A stretch of 64,000 bases of DNA from Tubiluchus corallicola (taxonomy: Eukaryota; Animalia; Priapulida), in assembly GCA_030141605.1 (NCBI GenBank), contig JAQGDQ010002407.1, positions 7,769-71,768 on the forward strand. Direction: 5' to 3'. The translations under genes were made by a program, and so were the position numbers. This document shows positions 18,766-29,144 of the stretch, piece after piece (positions within the stretch are counted from its first letter, which is position 1; each line of letters begins with the position of its first letter). The notes below the pieces were generated by a model. The model was given only the letters and a program-made list of their open reading frames with translations. It ran no database searches and was not told the origin of the DNA.

Positions 18766-21700
18766 TTATTTTTTTATGTTTTTAAGCACCCCAATAATGG
18801 CAGGGAAGTCATTGATAAGTTTTTTCATCCTTCCTACACCAAAAGTGTTTAGTGAAATTTCAATTTCATTTGCGTATATTTTAAGGATGTCAATGTCGTA
18901 TTTTTGAGCTATTTCCTTTATTTGTATCATAAAGTTTTTCACTTTATTGAGTGGTTGTATATCCTGTATTTCCCGCCAGGCTGTTTTATGAATGTGCTCT
19001 ATTTTTTCGATTATGAGAGGGAGTTGTGTTTTTGTTTTTAGAGGTAGGCCTATTTTTTGTTCTCCTAGTAAGGTGTTATTCAGGATTGTGGCATTGGGGG
19101 AGGAGTGTTTGTCCTGGTTGTCTAATGGTGCTCTTTTTTGTGTTTTACGCTCTTCTTTTTCATTGTGTTTCAGTTCCGACTGTTTTACTTTTTTTATAGT
19201 TATGGTGAATTTGCTTCCTTTATTAACAATGCTTGATACTGATATTTTTCCTCCCATCATTTCAATGAGTTTTTTTGATATAGCGAGCCCCAGTCCCGAG
19301 CCTCCATATTTTTTTATGTCAAGGTTGTCAGCCTGGTCGAAAGAGCTAAATATTTTTTTCTGATTGTTTTTTGCTATTCCTATACCGCTATCTTCTACAG
19401 TGATGTAAAGGGTTACCGTATTGTTTTCGTATTTTTCTGTATGGATATTTATTTTTACGAATCCTGTGTGTGTAAATTTTATGGCATTTTCAATAAGATT
19501 AATCATCACCTGGTGTATTCTCAGCTCATCCAGTTCAAGGTATTGAGGTGTGTTGTCTGAGATGTTTGTATTGAAAGTGAGTCCTTTTTCCCTGACCCTA
19601 ATTTTAAATATGCTTTCTATGTCATTTATTGTGTTTTTGAGGCTTACGGGCATGGTTCTTATCTGTAGTTTTCCCGATTCTATTCTGGAAAGGTCAAGTA
19701 TGTCATTTATCAATCCCAGCAGTATTTTCCCGCTTGTTTTTATAGAGCTTACGTAGGGAGATATGGATTCATCTTTTATGTGTTTTGAAAGTATTTCCGA
19801 GAATCCTATTATTGAGTTCATAGGGGTTCGTATTTCGTGGCTCATGTTTGCGAGGAATTTGGATTTTGCGGTGTTTGCTACTTCCGCTGCTTCTTTGGCT
19901 TTTTTAAGTGCGTGCGTTCTTTTTTTTACGATTTCTTCGAGATGTTCCCGGTATTTCTGCAGTTCTTTGTCTGTAAGTTTTCTGTCTGTAATATCCCCAT
20001 TTACACCAATCATGCGTACCGGCTCCCCCTTACTGTTTCGAGATATGTTTGCATATGCGTCAATGTAACGCACTATTCCCCTTTTTATACGGATTCGAAA
20101 TTCGGTGTGGAGCTCTTTTTCGGCTTTGAGGCAGGTTTTAATTGTGCTTTGAAAATGTTTTAAGTCATCTGGATGCAGGTGTTTTGTCCAACTGCTGTAT
20201 GTTTCATGGAATTCCTCTTTTTTCAGTTTATATAAGTCGTACATCCCGTTATCCCATCTAAGTTTATCGTTTTTTATATCCCAGTCCCATATTCCCAGTT
20301 TTGCCGAACGACACGCTATTGAGAGGCGTTCTTCCCCCTCTTTTAATGATTTTTCAGCTTCACGTTGCTTGAATATTTTAAATAGCTCCCCTGCGATTAG
20401 CTGAACTTGCATAACATCGCGTTTTTCATATTTTTTAAATTTATTCCCTATGCAAAAGATATATTTCACTTTGCTTCCATCTACTATAGGGACGCTTATA
20501 AATCGCATAAGTTTAGGGGTTCCTGAGAGAAAGCCTCCTTTGCTTGTATCGCTAGGTATGGTATTGTATATAGCGGGTTGTTTTCTTTGAACGCAAGCTT
20601 CTAGTATTTCTGTATCTGCAATTTTATGGTGCTGTTCATTTATTACCTGATGTTTTTTGTTGGTTTTATTTTTCTCTTTTGTTGCTGAGATCCATCCGGT
20701 AGTAATTACAGATTTTTGATCGTTGCCTACTCTGTGAAAGAACCCTATTTTACTACGTGTCAGCTCAACAACCTTCCCCAGTATATACATGTATAGCTCT
20801 TTGTCTGACATGTCTGGTGCCTGGTGATATAGTTTTAAAAGAAATTTGGTTATGTTCGCCTCCCTCCTCAGTTGTTTTTCGCTTTCATGGAGAGCTTCAC
20901 CGGCCTGTTTTCGGCTTAGTGCGGTGATAAGTATTTCACCTATCAGCCGTACTTTTTTTACCTGCTCATCTGTCCATAAAAGTTCGCTGGATACTCCTGC
21001 CGATATGGTTCCAAAGATTTTTCCCCTGATAGTAAACGGGATTATGAGCAACGATTTAAGTTTAGCTCGTTCGTAGTAGTTACGTTCTTCGCTCACTTCT
21101 TCCGGTAGCGAGTCAGGAAGGTCGTTTTTTATGAGGACCTCCCCTTTATTTAGCGTGGTTAAGGTTCCGGGGAGTATCTCATTTGTTATTGTATTTTTCA
21201 GTTTTTCATATCCCGGAGCTGCATAGTAGTGAGAATTTTCGGATGACGCTGTTCCTTCAAAGTGTAGTTTTACCCCTATCAGTGGAAGGTTCAGGAGTTT
21301 GGCAAAGAGGGGCAGGTATTTTTGTATTTCGCTATCAATTTTATCGTATGAGACAGATACAAAAGTGTTTGATGTTTCGGAGTGCAGTTTTTCAAATTGA
21401 AGTTGTTTTTTAAGCTCCTGTTCCGCCAGCTTTCGTTCGGTTATGTCTGCTACTACGCCTACCATACGGTATGGCTCCCCATCATTATTGAAAAAAACTT
21501 TTGCGTTACTGCTTATCCACCTCTCTGATAAACCATGTTTTATGATTCTGTATTCTACGCTGTATGTAATTTTTCCCTCCAGTGCTTCTTTAAGCCTGTG
21601 CTGAACCATCTGCTGGTCGTCGGGGTGAACAATGTCGAGCCATTTTTTTTCTGCGCTTGTCCGTTTTTGAAGGTCTATTCCAAATATTTCAGAGTAGCGC

Positions 21701-21810
21701 TCGTTATAAACTGCAGTGTCTCTATGAATATCCCAGTCAAACATCCCCATGCCCGCTACATCAAGAGCCTGCTTTAATCTCTCCTCATTTGCACTGTAGC
21801 GTTCCTGCAT
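18766..21810 (-). CDS. Cytoplasmic PAS-GAF-GAF-PAS sensor histidine kinase
   Basis: Two PAS/PAC domains (VHPDD/LHPDD...DITERK/DITDRK); H-box FLANMSHEIRTP; NAIKFT, DSGIGI, GSGLGLAI. Confidence 0.9.
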   Translation of the reverse strand: MQERYSANEERLKQALDVAGMGMFDWDIHRDTAVYNERYSEIFGIDLQKRTSAEKKWLDIVHPDDQQMVQHRLKEALEGKITYSVEYRIIKHGLSERWISSNAKVFFNNDGEPYRMVGVVADITERKLAEQELKKQLQFEKLHSETSNTFVSVSYDKIDSEIQKYLPLFAKLLNLPLIGVKLHFEGTASSENSHYYAAPGYEKLKNTITNEILPGTLTTLNKGEVLIKNDLPDSLPEEVSEERNYYERAKLKSLLIIPFTIRGKIFGTISAGVSSELLWTDEQVKKVRLIGEILITALSRKQAGEALHESEKQLRREANITKFLLKLYHQAPDMSDKELYMYILGKVVELTRSKIGFFHRVGNDQKSVITTGWISATKEKNKTNKKHQVINEQHHKIADTEILEACVQRKQPAIYNTIPSDTSKGGFLSGTPKLMRFISVPIVDGSKVKYIFCIGNKFKKYEKRDVMQVQLIAGELFKIFKQREAEKSLKEGEERLSIACRSAKLGIWDWDIKNDKLRWDNGMYDLYKLKKEEFHETYSSWTKHLHPDDLKHFQSTIKTCLKAEKELHTEFRIRIKRGIVRYIDAYANISRNSKGEPVRMIGVNGDITDRKLTDKELQKYREHLEEIVKKRTHALKKAKEAAEVANTAKSKFLANMSHEIRTPMNSIIGFSEILSKHIKDESISPYVSSIKTSGKILLGLINDILDLSRIESGKLQIRTMPVSLKNTINDIESIFKIRVREKGLTFNTNISDNTPQYLELDELRIHQVMINLIENAIKFTHTGFVKINIHTEKYENNTVTLYITVEDSGIGIAKNNQKKIFSSFDQADNLDIKKYGGSGLGLAISKKLIEMMGGKISVSSIVNKGSKFTITIKKVKQSELKHNEKEERKTQKRAPLDNQDKHSSPNATILNNTLLGEQKIGLPLKTKTQLPLIIEKIEHIHKTAWREIQDIQPLNKVKNFMIQIKEIAQKYDIDILKIYANEIEISLNTFGVGRMKKLINDFPAIIGVLKNIKK

Positions 21811-21828
21811 ATTGGAAAGGTACGTTTA

Positions 21829-21965
21829 GAGCTCTCTGCGAAGCTCATCTTTTTATTAATATTTTCGCCAAATCCTCTTCAATATCCTGATTTACATCCG
21901 TAAACTACGATTTTCATCGAGTCTTTACTCAGCCTAAACCAAAGCATTTGCTTTGCAAAAGTCTC
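21829..21965 (-). mobile_element. MITE-like intergenic repeat
   Basis: Minus strand GAGACTTTTGCAAAG...TTTACGGATGTAAATCAGG...ATTAATAAAAAGATGAGCTTCGCAGAGAGCTC. Confidence 0.75.
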
Positions 21966-22167
21966 AGTTCACTATTCCACCTTGCCAGAAAGGTAGAGTG
22001 CCAGCAGCCACTTACCAGCTATCAATTTACGCAGCCTGAAGGGGTGTTGTTTATTTTACGTATTTACAAGACACCAAGTTTATGTTTCAGTTTTTCAACG
22101 GTGTCACCCTCTTTTAGTCACGTGTGAGAGGTTTTCTTTTTCTCCTTATGTTATTTGATCCTGCGAG

Positions 22168-24489
22168 TTATGGTTTTTTTACTCCTTTATCTCCAGGGAT
22201 ACGCAGTTTGTCTCCAATTTGTAATGTGTACTTCTCCTGAATATTATTTATTAAAAGTATTTCACGTGGATGTACTCCATATTTATCTCCCAGTTTCCAT
22301 ACTGTTTCGCCTGCTTCTACTGTGTGTAAAAAGAAGGATGTTTTGTAGTTGTCCGTTGCATCATCAACATTTCTCGGAGACGGCTTGTAAGCGCCTTTTA
22401 CCAGGAACCACCCAAACCCTTTTGAGGCTAGTACGTCACACTCCATTCTAAGGAGGTCTGTCAGTTCTTCTCTTGATTCAAATTTAATTTCATCCATTTC
22501 CAGGAATTGTTCGTTTTTGTTGGTCAAAACAATTTCCCCTTCATTCATTGAAGGCAGGTCTATGTGCCGGTGCAGTGATATCAGTGCTACCCTATTTTTT
22601 GTACTATTTTGATGAAAGAAGGGAGAGTATTCTCCATGGGCTATTATTGATATTTTGTCATGCGGAATACTATTTTCTATCAATATTTCAGCAATTCTTC
22701 CCGCCCGCTTTTCAGATAGCCATAAGTTGTAACGGGCATCACCGACTTTGTCTGCCAGTCCGGTAATTACAATACGTGTATTGTGTCGTATAACTTCTTC
22801 AGCTATAAGAGAGAGAGAGAATTTGTCAATATCGGAGTATGTTCTTTTATAGACATTGTGGTCAAAGTACTGAGGGAATATACGCCTAGTAATTTCACCC
22901 CCAGTTGGTAGTTGAATCTGTACTTTTTTTTCTGATGGTCTTTCTTCTGCAGGCGGCGGCGTTACTTGCGTCAATAGTAATGTTTCGAGTTTCACCAGAG
23001 AGAGGTCATTGCTTGCATAGTGTGTTACGGCCTTCCAGTCACATATGAGATTGGCTATGCCTGCACCTTCCGAGAGTAGTTGCGCTTTCTCATTCAGGTT
23101 CATAAGGTAGGTGTTTTCAAAGCCTCCTTCATTGAGGCTCGACATAACCAGCAGTGAGTCATTTATTACAGCAAGAGGATATATAGGGGAGTTTGATAAA
23201 AATTCTACCGGCAATGCTTCCGGATTAGACCATGTTCCATCTTTTTTTTCTGCACGGTGTAGTACTCCTTTTTGCATATCTTCTCCGGCAGTAAAAATAA
23301 CTTTATTCCCTCCTGCATATTTTACGCTATTGATACTGGTAAAGCTATTATCATCAAATACAGGGACTCCGTAAATGGGAAGTTTACTGTCTTCCCCCTT
23401 GTAAAGCACCAGATCTTCCCATTTTTCGCTCTTCTCAGGTTCAACAAGTTCTCCCCAGTTTATTGTTACGATATCCTTCACGGTAAGTTTCACTGTATTC
23501 CCTGATATTTCAGAGTGTGTCTCTTTTTTTGGGGAGTTTTCAAATAGTCCGGGGTCTTCTTCTCCATTAAGTTTCAACAGTGTATAAACAAATATATTGG
23601 AGTCATCCATTTGTCGAAATGAGAAGTTGTATCCTCCCTGGTTGAAAGGGTAAGATAGTTTTTCCGCTTTGTGGCTAGGGTCATTAAGGTTTTTCCAGTA
23701 GAGATATAGCATGTCTCCTTTTTCCCTATCGGATGAGAATATCAGTAATGAATCGTTTACGACTTCAGGAAATATATCATTGCCAGTTGAGTTTACATAG
23801 TTATCCAAGACTTTCGGCTCACTCCATCTCCCTTTCCCTATTCTGCTTTTGTGGGATAAATACAAGTTTGCCTGTTTTCTCCTATCTTTTGTTTTATCAT
23901 CTACTACAAAGATCATTTTAGATCCGTTATCAAAGACAGTCGGATGCATTTTCATTTTTTTGTTTATTTTCTTGAAGTCCTCAAAGATCAGCTTTTCCTC
24001 ATCCGATCCCTTAGAAGCGCTACATATTTCATATCTTCTGCGATGAAGTTTGGTATAGTAAACGGTACTGTCATTATCCCAACTAAAGTGAGAGTCGATA
24101 GCCTGTATGTTAACCTCTCCTGTTTTTTCTATGTCTGAGAAGTTTGTTATATATAGTTTCGCTCCGGCATGTATTGAGCTTTTGTTCCGCATTTTTTTCA
24201 TGTTTTCAAATTCAACACTATAGTCCCGCCTGATTTTGCCGGGATCGGACACAGAGAAATCCCTAGCATGGTATAGCATTCCATCTTTTGCACCAATACC
24301 CAGGTTAGGCAGTAAAGGGATATCCAGCGTGTCAAAACGCATTAGGCAATTGGTTCCTAACATACGATCTTCCATGATATACCATTTATCCAACATTTTA
24401 GTGTTTGAGGTGGTATTTTGTGCACTACACAGAGAGGTAGGCAGCAATGAAAGTACCGCAATACTTAAATAGATAAAAGCCATTTTCAT
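22168..24489 (-). CDS. Secreted protein with PD40/beta-propeller-like repeats, OmpA-like domain and C-terminal LysM
   Basis: Signal peptide; WSEPKVL..VNSTGNDIFP and WSNPEAL; ITGLADKVGDARYNLWLSEKRA; HTVEAGETVWKLG. Confidence 0.75.
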   Translation of the reverse strand: MKMAFIYLSIAVLSLLPTSLCSAQNTTSNTKMLDKWYIMEDRMLGTNCLMRFDTLDIPLLPNLGIGAKDGMLYHARDFSVSDPGKIRRDYSVEFENMKKMRNKSSIHAGAKLYITNFSDIEKTGEVNIQAIDSHFSWDNDSTVYYTKLHRRRYEICSASKGSDEEKLIFEDFKKINKKMKMHPTVFDNGSKMIFVVDDKTKDRRKQANLYLSHKSRIGKGRWSEPKVLDNYVNSTGNDIFPEVVNDSLLIFSSDREKGDMLYLYWKNLNDPSHKAEKLSYPFNQGGYNFSFRQMDDSNIFVYTLLKLNGEEDPGLFENSPKKETHSEISGNTVKLTVKDIVTINWGELVEPEKSEKWEDLVLYKGEDSKLPIYGVPVFDDNSFTSINSVKYAGGNKVIFTAGEDMQKGVLHRAEKKDGTWSNPEALPVEFLSNSPIYPLAVINDSLLVMSSLNEGGFENTYLMNLNEKAQLLSEGAGIANLICDWKAVTHYASNDLSLVKLETLLLTQVTPPPAEERPSEKKVQIQLPTGGEITRRIFPQYFDHNVYKRTYSDIDKFSLSLIAEEVIRHNTRIVITGLADKVGDARYNLWLSEKRAGRIAEILIENSIPHDKISIIAHGEYSPFFHQNSTKNRVALISLHRHIDLPSMNEGEIVLTNKNEQFLEMDEIKFESREELTDLLRMECDVLASKGFGWFLVKGAYKPSPRNVDDATDNYKTSFFLHTVEAGETVWKLGDKYGVHPREILLINNIQEKYTLQIGDKLRIPGDKGVKKP

Positions 24490-24566
24490 AATTTTTATTG
24501 TTTTATTTGTGCATTACAGTAAGATAATATAATCCTAGTTTCATTTCGTATGAGAAACAGATAGGT

Positions 24567-25079
24567 CTATTTTTGTTCCAGGTCATTGAAGGTGCGGGTG
24601 CCCATTTCTCTATCCATCATAAGCAGTCCCTGTCCTTCTCCATTAATAATTTTCAGGTTATTAAGTATGTCTTCTACGCTTGATTCCTCCTCCACTTGCT
24701 CGTCTACAAACCATTGCAAGAAGCTTTTTGTTGCATAGTCTCTTTCTTTTATAGCGATATCCATCATTTTATTGATCCGCTCTGTAATCATTTGCTCGTG
24801 TGCCAGTGTCTGTTCAAATACGTCAATTACACCATTAAAGCCAACAGGTACATTTTCAGAAATGGGAGCTAATTCAACTTTTCCTCCACGTTCATTTATA
24901 TAATTAAAGAGTTTCAACGCATGTGCTTGCTCTTCTTTAAACTGTACTAGCATCCAGTTTGCAAATCCAGATAGGCCTATGTTTTCAAAGTAAGCAGACA
25001 TTGAAAGATAGAGGTATGCAGAGAAAAACTCTGCATTTATTTGATCATTAACCGACTTTTCAATCTTCTTTTTTATCAT
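24567..25079 (-). CDS. ftnA: Non-heme ferritin
   Basis: QINAEFFSAYLYLSM, EEQAHA, FLQWFVDEQVEEE. Confidence 0.93.
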   Translation of the reverse strand: MIKKKIEKSVNDQINAEFFSAYLYLSMSAYFENIGLSGFANWMLVQFKEEQAHALKLFNYINERGGKVELAPISENVPVGFNGVIDVFEQTLAHEQMITERINKMMDIAIKERDYATKSFLQWFVDEQVEEESSVEDILNNLKIINGEGQGLLMMDREMGTRTFNDLEQK

Positions 25080-25103
25080 TTTTACACTTTTTTGTTACGG
25101 TAT

Positions 25104-25243
25104 GAGCTCTTTGCAAAGCTCATCTTTTTATTAGTGTTTCGTGAAAATATTCTTCACAAAGCTCATTTACATCAGTAATTTGCTGCTCTTTTCTTGATTA
25201 TTCCAGAGTGGATCAAATCTTCGCCTTTTCTTGCAAAGGTTTT
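25104..25243 (-). mobile_element. MITE-like intergenic repeat
   Basis: Minus strand ACCTTTGCAAG...ATTACTGATGTAAATGAG...TTCACGAAACACTAATAAAAAGATGAGCTTTGCAAAGAG. Confidence 0.75.
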
Positions 25244-25260
25244 GATATTTCACCTCCTCC

Positions 25261-25268
25261 CAAAGTTA
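25261..25268 (-). promoter_or_regulatory. Candidate -7 box (TAACTTTG) for ftnA
   Basis: TAnnTTTG about 20 bp upstream of the repeat. Confidence 0.45.
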
Positions 25269-25329
25269 CGAAAAAAGTAATTCATAGCTTGATTTACATT
25301 TTCAAGGTTTTATAAACAGTTTCATAGAG

Positions 25330-26553
25330 CTATACCCTTTTATTCAACTCAGATGCCAATGCGTCTATAAATTCTTCTGTTGTCAAATAGTGCTCCCGTT
25401 TCATAGTTTTACCATATATAGCCAATGCCAAGTCTTTGGTCATTTTGCCCGATTCGACCACATCAACACAGGTCCTTTCCAGCTTGTCTGTAAAGCTGAT
25501 TAGTTCTCTATTATCATCCAGTTTCCCTCTAAAAGCCAGTCCCTTTGTCCATGCGTATATTGATGCTATGGGGTTTGTTGATGTAGGGTTTCCTTTCTGA
25601 TGCTCTCTGTAATGTCGTGTAACAGTCCCATGTGCAGCTTCAGCTTCTACTATATCTCCATCCGGAACCATTAGTACAGATGTCATAAGTCCGAGCGACC
25701 CAAATCCCTGAGCAACCGTATCCGATTGTACATCGCCATCATAGTTTTTGCATGCCCACACAAAGTTGCCTTCCCACTTCAAAGCCGCAGCTACCATGTC
25801 GTCAATAAGGCGGTGCTCGTAAATAATTCCGGCATTTTTAAATTCCTCGTAGTATTTGCTTTCGTATGTTTCCTGGAAAATATCTTTAAAGAAGCCATCA
25901 TATTTTTTGAGAATGGTATTTTTTGTAGAAAGGTAGAGCGGCCATTTTTTAAGGAGCGCCATTTTGAAACAGCTATGTGCAAATCCCCTGATAGATTCTT
26001 CCGTGTTGTACATAGATAGTGCAATTCCCGCTCCATCAAAATGATAAACATTGTGGTGTTCCGGGTCAGATCCATCGTCAGGAGTAAATGACATCGTTAG
26101 CGTACCCGGCTTCTTCACTGTTATGTCTACAGCCCTGTATTGATCGCCAAAAGCGTGACGCCCTATTATTATGGGCCCCTTCCACTGAGGAACCAGACGC
26201 GGAACATTTTTCACAAAGATGGGCTCTCTAAATATAGTCCCCCCAATAATGTTTCTAATCGTTCCATTTGGGGATTTGTACATCTCTTTCAGCCCAAATT
26301 CTTCTACCCTCTTCTCGTCAGGTGTAATGGTTGCGCACTTAATCCCTACTTTATGTTTTTTTATTGCATAGGCAGCATCAACAGTTACCTGATCCCTCGT
26401 TTCATCGCGATGTTCAATTCCAAGATCAAAATACTTGATATCCAGGTCAAGATATGGTTTTATCAACTGATTTTTTATCATTTTCCATATAATCCTGGTC
26501 ATTTCATCACCATCAAGCTCCACAACAGGGGCAACCACTTTAATCTTTTTCAT
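25330..26553 (-). CDS. icd: NADP-dependent isocitrate dehydrogenase (eukaryote-like type II)
   Basis: [39 protein letters not shown]. Confidence 0.95.
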   Translation of the reverse strand: MKKIKVVAPVVELDGDEMTRIIWKMIKNQLIKPYLDLDIKYFDLGIEHRDETRDQVTVDAAYAIKKHKVGIKCATITPDEKRVEEFGLKEMYKSPNGTIRNIIGGTIFREPIFVKNVPRLVPQWKGPIIIGRHAFGDQYRAVDITVKKPGTLTMSFTPDDGSDPEHHNVYHFDGAGIALSMYNTEESIRGFAHSCFKMALLKKWPLYLSTKNTILKKYDGFFKDIFQETYESKYYEEFKNAGIIYEHRLIDDMVAAALKWEGNFVWACKNYDGDVQSDTVAQGFGSLGLMTSVLMVPDGDIVEAEAAHGTVTRHYREHQKGNPTSTNPIASIYAWTKGLAFRGKLDDNRELISFTDKLERTCVDVVESGKMTKDLALAIYGKTMKREHYLTTEEFIDALASELNKRV

Positions 26554-26690
26554 GACAGATCTTTTTATTAATTCATAAATTATAAGTTAATAGTTTCCAG
26601 TTAGCAGAGATCTGCAATCTTTCATCTATTTTCCCCACTTTGTAACGCTTCTGCTTCGCAAAATCGAAGATAGTATTTTTTATTCAGTTT

Positions 26691-26813
26691 TGAGGTTTTT
26701 TAAAATTAATATTTTCGTGAAAGCTCGCTTCAAAGCCCTCATTTACATTAGTAGTTAGAGGGGCGGATTATTTTCCAACTCGAGTCAATTTTTTCTCCTT
26801 TGCAAAGGTTTTT
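26691..26813 (-). mobile_element. MITE-like intergenic repeat (3' end eroded)
   Basis: Minus strand ACCTTTGCAAAG...ACTACTAATGTAAATGAGGGCTTTGAAG...TTCACGAAAATATTAAT. Confidence 0.7.
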
Positions 26814-26818
26814 AGCTG

Positions 26819-27907
26819 TTATTTATTAATCATTTCTGATTGTTGACGAACAGAGTCCTCATGAATTAGCTGAAAAAGGGTTTTTACAAACATATCGTTC
26901 ATGTGTAGTTTTTTCGCTAACGAGAGTCTTTCTTCTATCATAGATGTAAATCTGTCTATTTGAAGGACAGTAGCTTTGTTCTCTTTTTTAAATTTTCCTA
27001 TTTTTTTTACAATCTCCGCTCTTGATGAGAGCATTTCAAGTATTTCACAGTCAATTTCATCAATTCTTTCTCTTAGATGATCAAGCTGGTTTTCAAATTG
27101 CGGATCGTTAGGGTGTTCATATTTTATAACCAGTTTATCAAGTATTTCGCCCAGCCCGGCAGGTGTTATTTGTTGTTCTTTATCACTAAGGGCCAATGAC
27201 GGGTTTATGTGGACCTCCAGCATAAGTCCGTCCATCCCCATATCAAATGCTTTTTGCGATATTTCAAAAAGGAATTTTCTTTCTCCCGCTATATGGCTTG
27301 GGTCGCAAATTATTGGTAGTTTGGGTAAAAGGCGCTTTAGTTCAATAATCGTTTTCCATCCCGGATAGTTGCGGTATTTTGTTTCTGTAAACGGTGTAAA
27401 CCCACGGTGTATGGCAACAAGGTTATCTATTCCGGAGCGGTTCAGCCTCTCCAATGCCCCTATCCACAGTTGAACGTCAGGGTTAACCGGATTTTTTACC
27501 ATTACCACCTTGTCGGTTCCTTTTAATACATCAGCAATTTCCTGTACAACGAAAGGAGATGCCGTTGAACGCGCCCCTATCCATAAGATATCTATATCCG
27601 CTTTTAAGCATTCTTCAACATGGGAGGCATTAGCTACTTCTGTTCCTATGCGAAGACCGGTTTCATTTTTAACTTTTTTCATCCATTCAAGCCCTACGCT
27701 TCCCACCCCTTCAAAAGAGCCCGGGCGAGTACGCGGCTTCCACACCCCTCCGCGAAAGATAAACACCCTTTTGTCTTTTGCCAATTCTCTGGCGGTAGCG
27801 ATTGCCTGCTCCTCTGTTTCAAGGCTGCACGGCCCCGCTATTAACAAGGGATTATCAATATCGGGGAGCCAGTGATTGACAGGGTTTATTCCCATTTTTG
27901 TATGCAT
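26819..27907 (-). CDS. Bifunctional DAHP synthase (I-beta type)/chorismate mutase type II
   Basis: IAGPCS, WKPRTRP, WIGAR, DPSH; C-terminal LRERIDEID AroQ-type domain. Confidence 0.9.
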   Translation of the reverse strand: MHTKMGINPVNHWLPDIDNPLLIAGPCSLETEEQAIATARELAKDKRVFIFRGGVWKPRTRPGSFEGVGSVGLEWMKKVKNETGLRIGTEVANASHVEECLKADIDILWIGARSTASPFVVQEIADVLKGTDKVVMVKNPVNPDVQLWIGALERLNRSGIDNLVAIHRGFTPFTETKYRNYPGWKTIIELKRLLPKLPIICDPSHIAGERKFLFEISQKAFDMGMDGLMLEVHINPSLALSDKEQQITPAGLGEILDKLVIKYEHPNDPQFENQLDHLRERIDEIDCEILEMLSSRAEIVKKIGKFKKENKATVLQIDRFTSMIEERLSLAKKLHMNDMFVKTLFQLIHEDSVRQQSEMINK

Positions 27908-27910
27908 AAA

Positions 27911-28807
27911 TCAACTTTTTGTATATAGTTTCACTATTGTTTTTTCACTTTTTGTTAATGATGGGTTATCATTTTCGAGCACTTCACGAATGCTGTTGGC
28001 TTTGTTTATAAGCTTCATCATATTTTTATCGTTGTTTTCAATACTGCTTTTCAGTTCCTGAAGGTGGGTTATGTATACTTCAAGCGCCTGCGATATGTAG
28101 TCTTTGTTTTGTTTAAAAATTGGGCCCCACATTGCCGGAGAGCTTTTGGCAAGTCTCACAGTTGATCTGAACCCACCTGATGCCAGGTCAAAAATAATGC
28201 TTCTATCCTCTTTTGCCAATACAGCGTTTGCAAGCGCAAATGCAGCAGCATGAGGAAGATGTGATACAAATGCCGTGGTATGATCCTGTTCATCACTAGA
28301 CATGTAAGCCGTTGACATACCCATGGAGTGATACATTTTCTCAACTATTGCAACATGCTGAGGTTTAGAGTCTTGCTGGTCACAAATAATAGATATTTTC
28401 CCTTCAAACAGGTTGTCTGTAGCAGCAGACGGGCCACTGTTTTCCGTTCCCGACATTGGATGGGAAGGTACAAAGCAGGAGCGGTTAGGGTGGTTTTTGA
28501 CTTTCGCGACTATGCTGCGCTTTGAGGAGCCTACGTCTGTAACAGTTGTAGAGGGGCTAATCAAGTCAAGTACTTTAGGCAGCACAGTTATAATTTTATC
28601 TACGGGAATAGCCACCAGTACCATGTCAGCTTTTTTTACCGATGGCTTGAGTGTGCCTGTGCGGTCAACAATCCCTAGTTTTACAGCTTCTCTGGCATGA
28701 GCAGGATTAACATCAACGCCAATTATTTCTGTGGCAAATCCCGCCTTCCGCAAGTCCTTTGCCATTGATCCCCCTATCAACCCAAGCCCTATGATCGTTA
28801 GTTTCAT
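27911..28807 (-). CDS. tyrA: Prephenate dehydrogenase
   Basis: GLGLIGGS, DVGSSK, HPMSGTE, SHLPH, RLAKSSP. Confidence 0.9.
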   Translation of the reverse strand: MKLTIIGLGLIGGSMAKDLRKAGFATEIIGVDVNPAHAREAVKLGIVDRTGTLKPSVKKADMVLVAIPVDKIITVLPKVLDLISPSTTVTDVGSSKRSIVAKVKNHPNRSCFVPSHPMSGTENSGPSAATDNLFEGKISIICDQQDSKPQHVAIVEKMYHSMGMSTAYMSSDEQDHTTAFVSHLPHAAAFALANAVLAKEDRSIIFDLASGGFRSTVRLAKSSPAMWGPIFKQNKDYISQALEVYITHLQELKSSIENNDKNMMKLINKANSIREVLENDNPSLTKSEKTIVKLYTKS

Positions 28808-28854
28808 TTATTTAAATCAATTTGTTCGAACAGGTTGTCCTGCTTTTTTATATT

Positions 28855-29115
28855 GAGTTTCTACAAAGCTCATCCCTTTTTTTTGCAAAGGCAGCGTCTT
28901 CATTAGTTTTCGTGAGAGTTTTGGTCAAAATGTTTATTTATGATCAGGCTGAAGGATTTCAACGATTTTTCTCAGCGTGATCCCAAGGTGTTTTGCGTTG
29001 CAAAGGTATTGCAATTTTGTCAAATTTTGCTTTAAAGACCTCATTTAAGTCAGTAAGTTGCTGTTTTTGACGGTTTTTCAGCGTAAGCCAATGTGCTGTT
29101 TTGGGCAGGGCAAGC
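28855..29115 (-). mobile_element. Tandem pair of MITE-like repeats
   Basis: Two successive cores on the minus strand (CTTACTGACTTAAATGAGGTCTTTAAAG; CCTTTGCAAC...CTCACGAAAAC), ending GATGAGCTTTGTAGAAACTC. Confidence 0.65.
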
Positions 29116-29144
29116 CTTTTAGTCCATTTTTGTAAGAGTTTATG

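Noticed and set aside
25160-25185. ATGTAAAT core of the repeat as the XerD arm of dif/pdif sites
   Set aside because: No XerC-like arm at the 6-bp spacing and poor 11-bp arm conservation.
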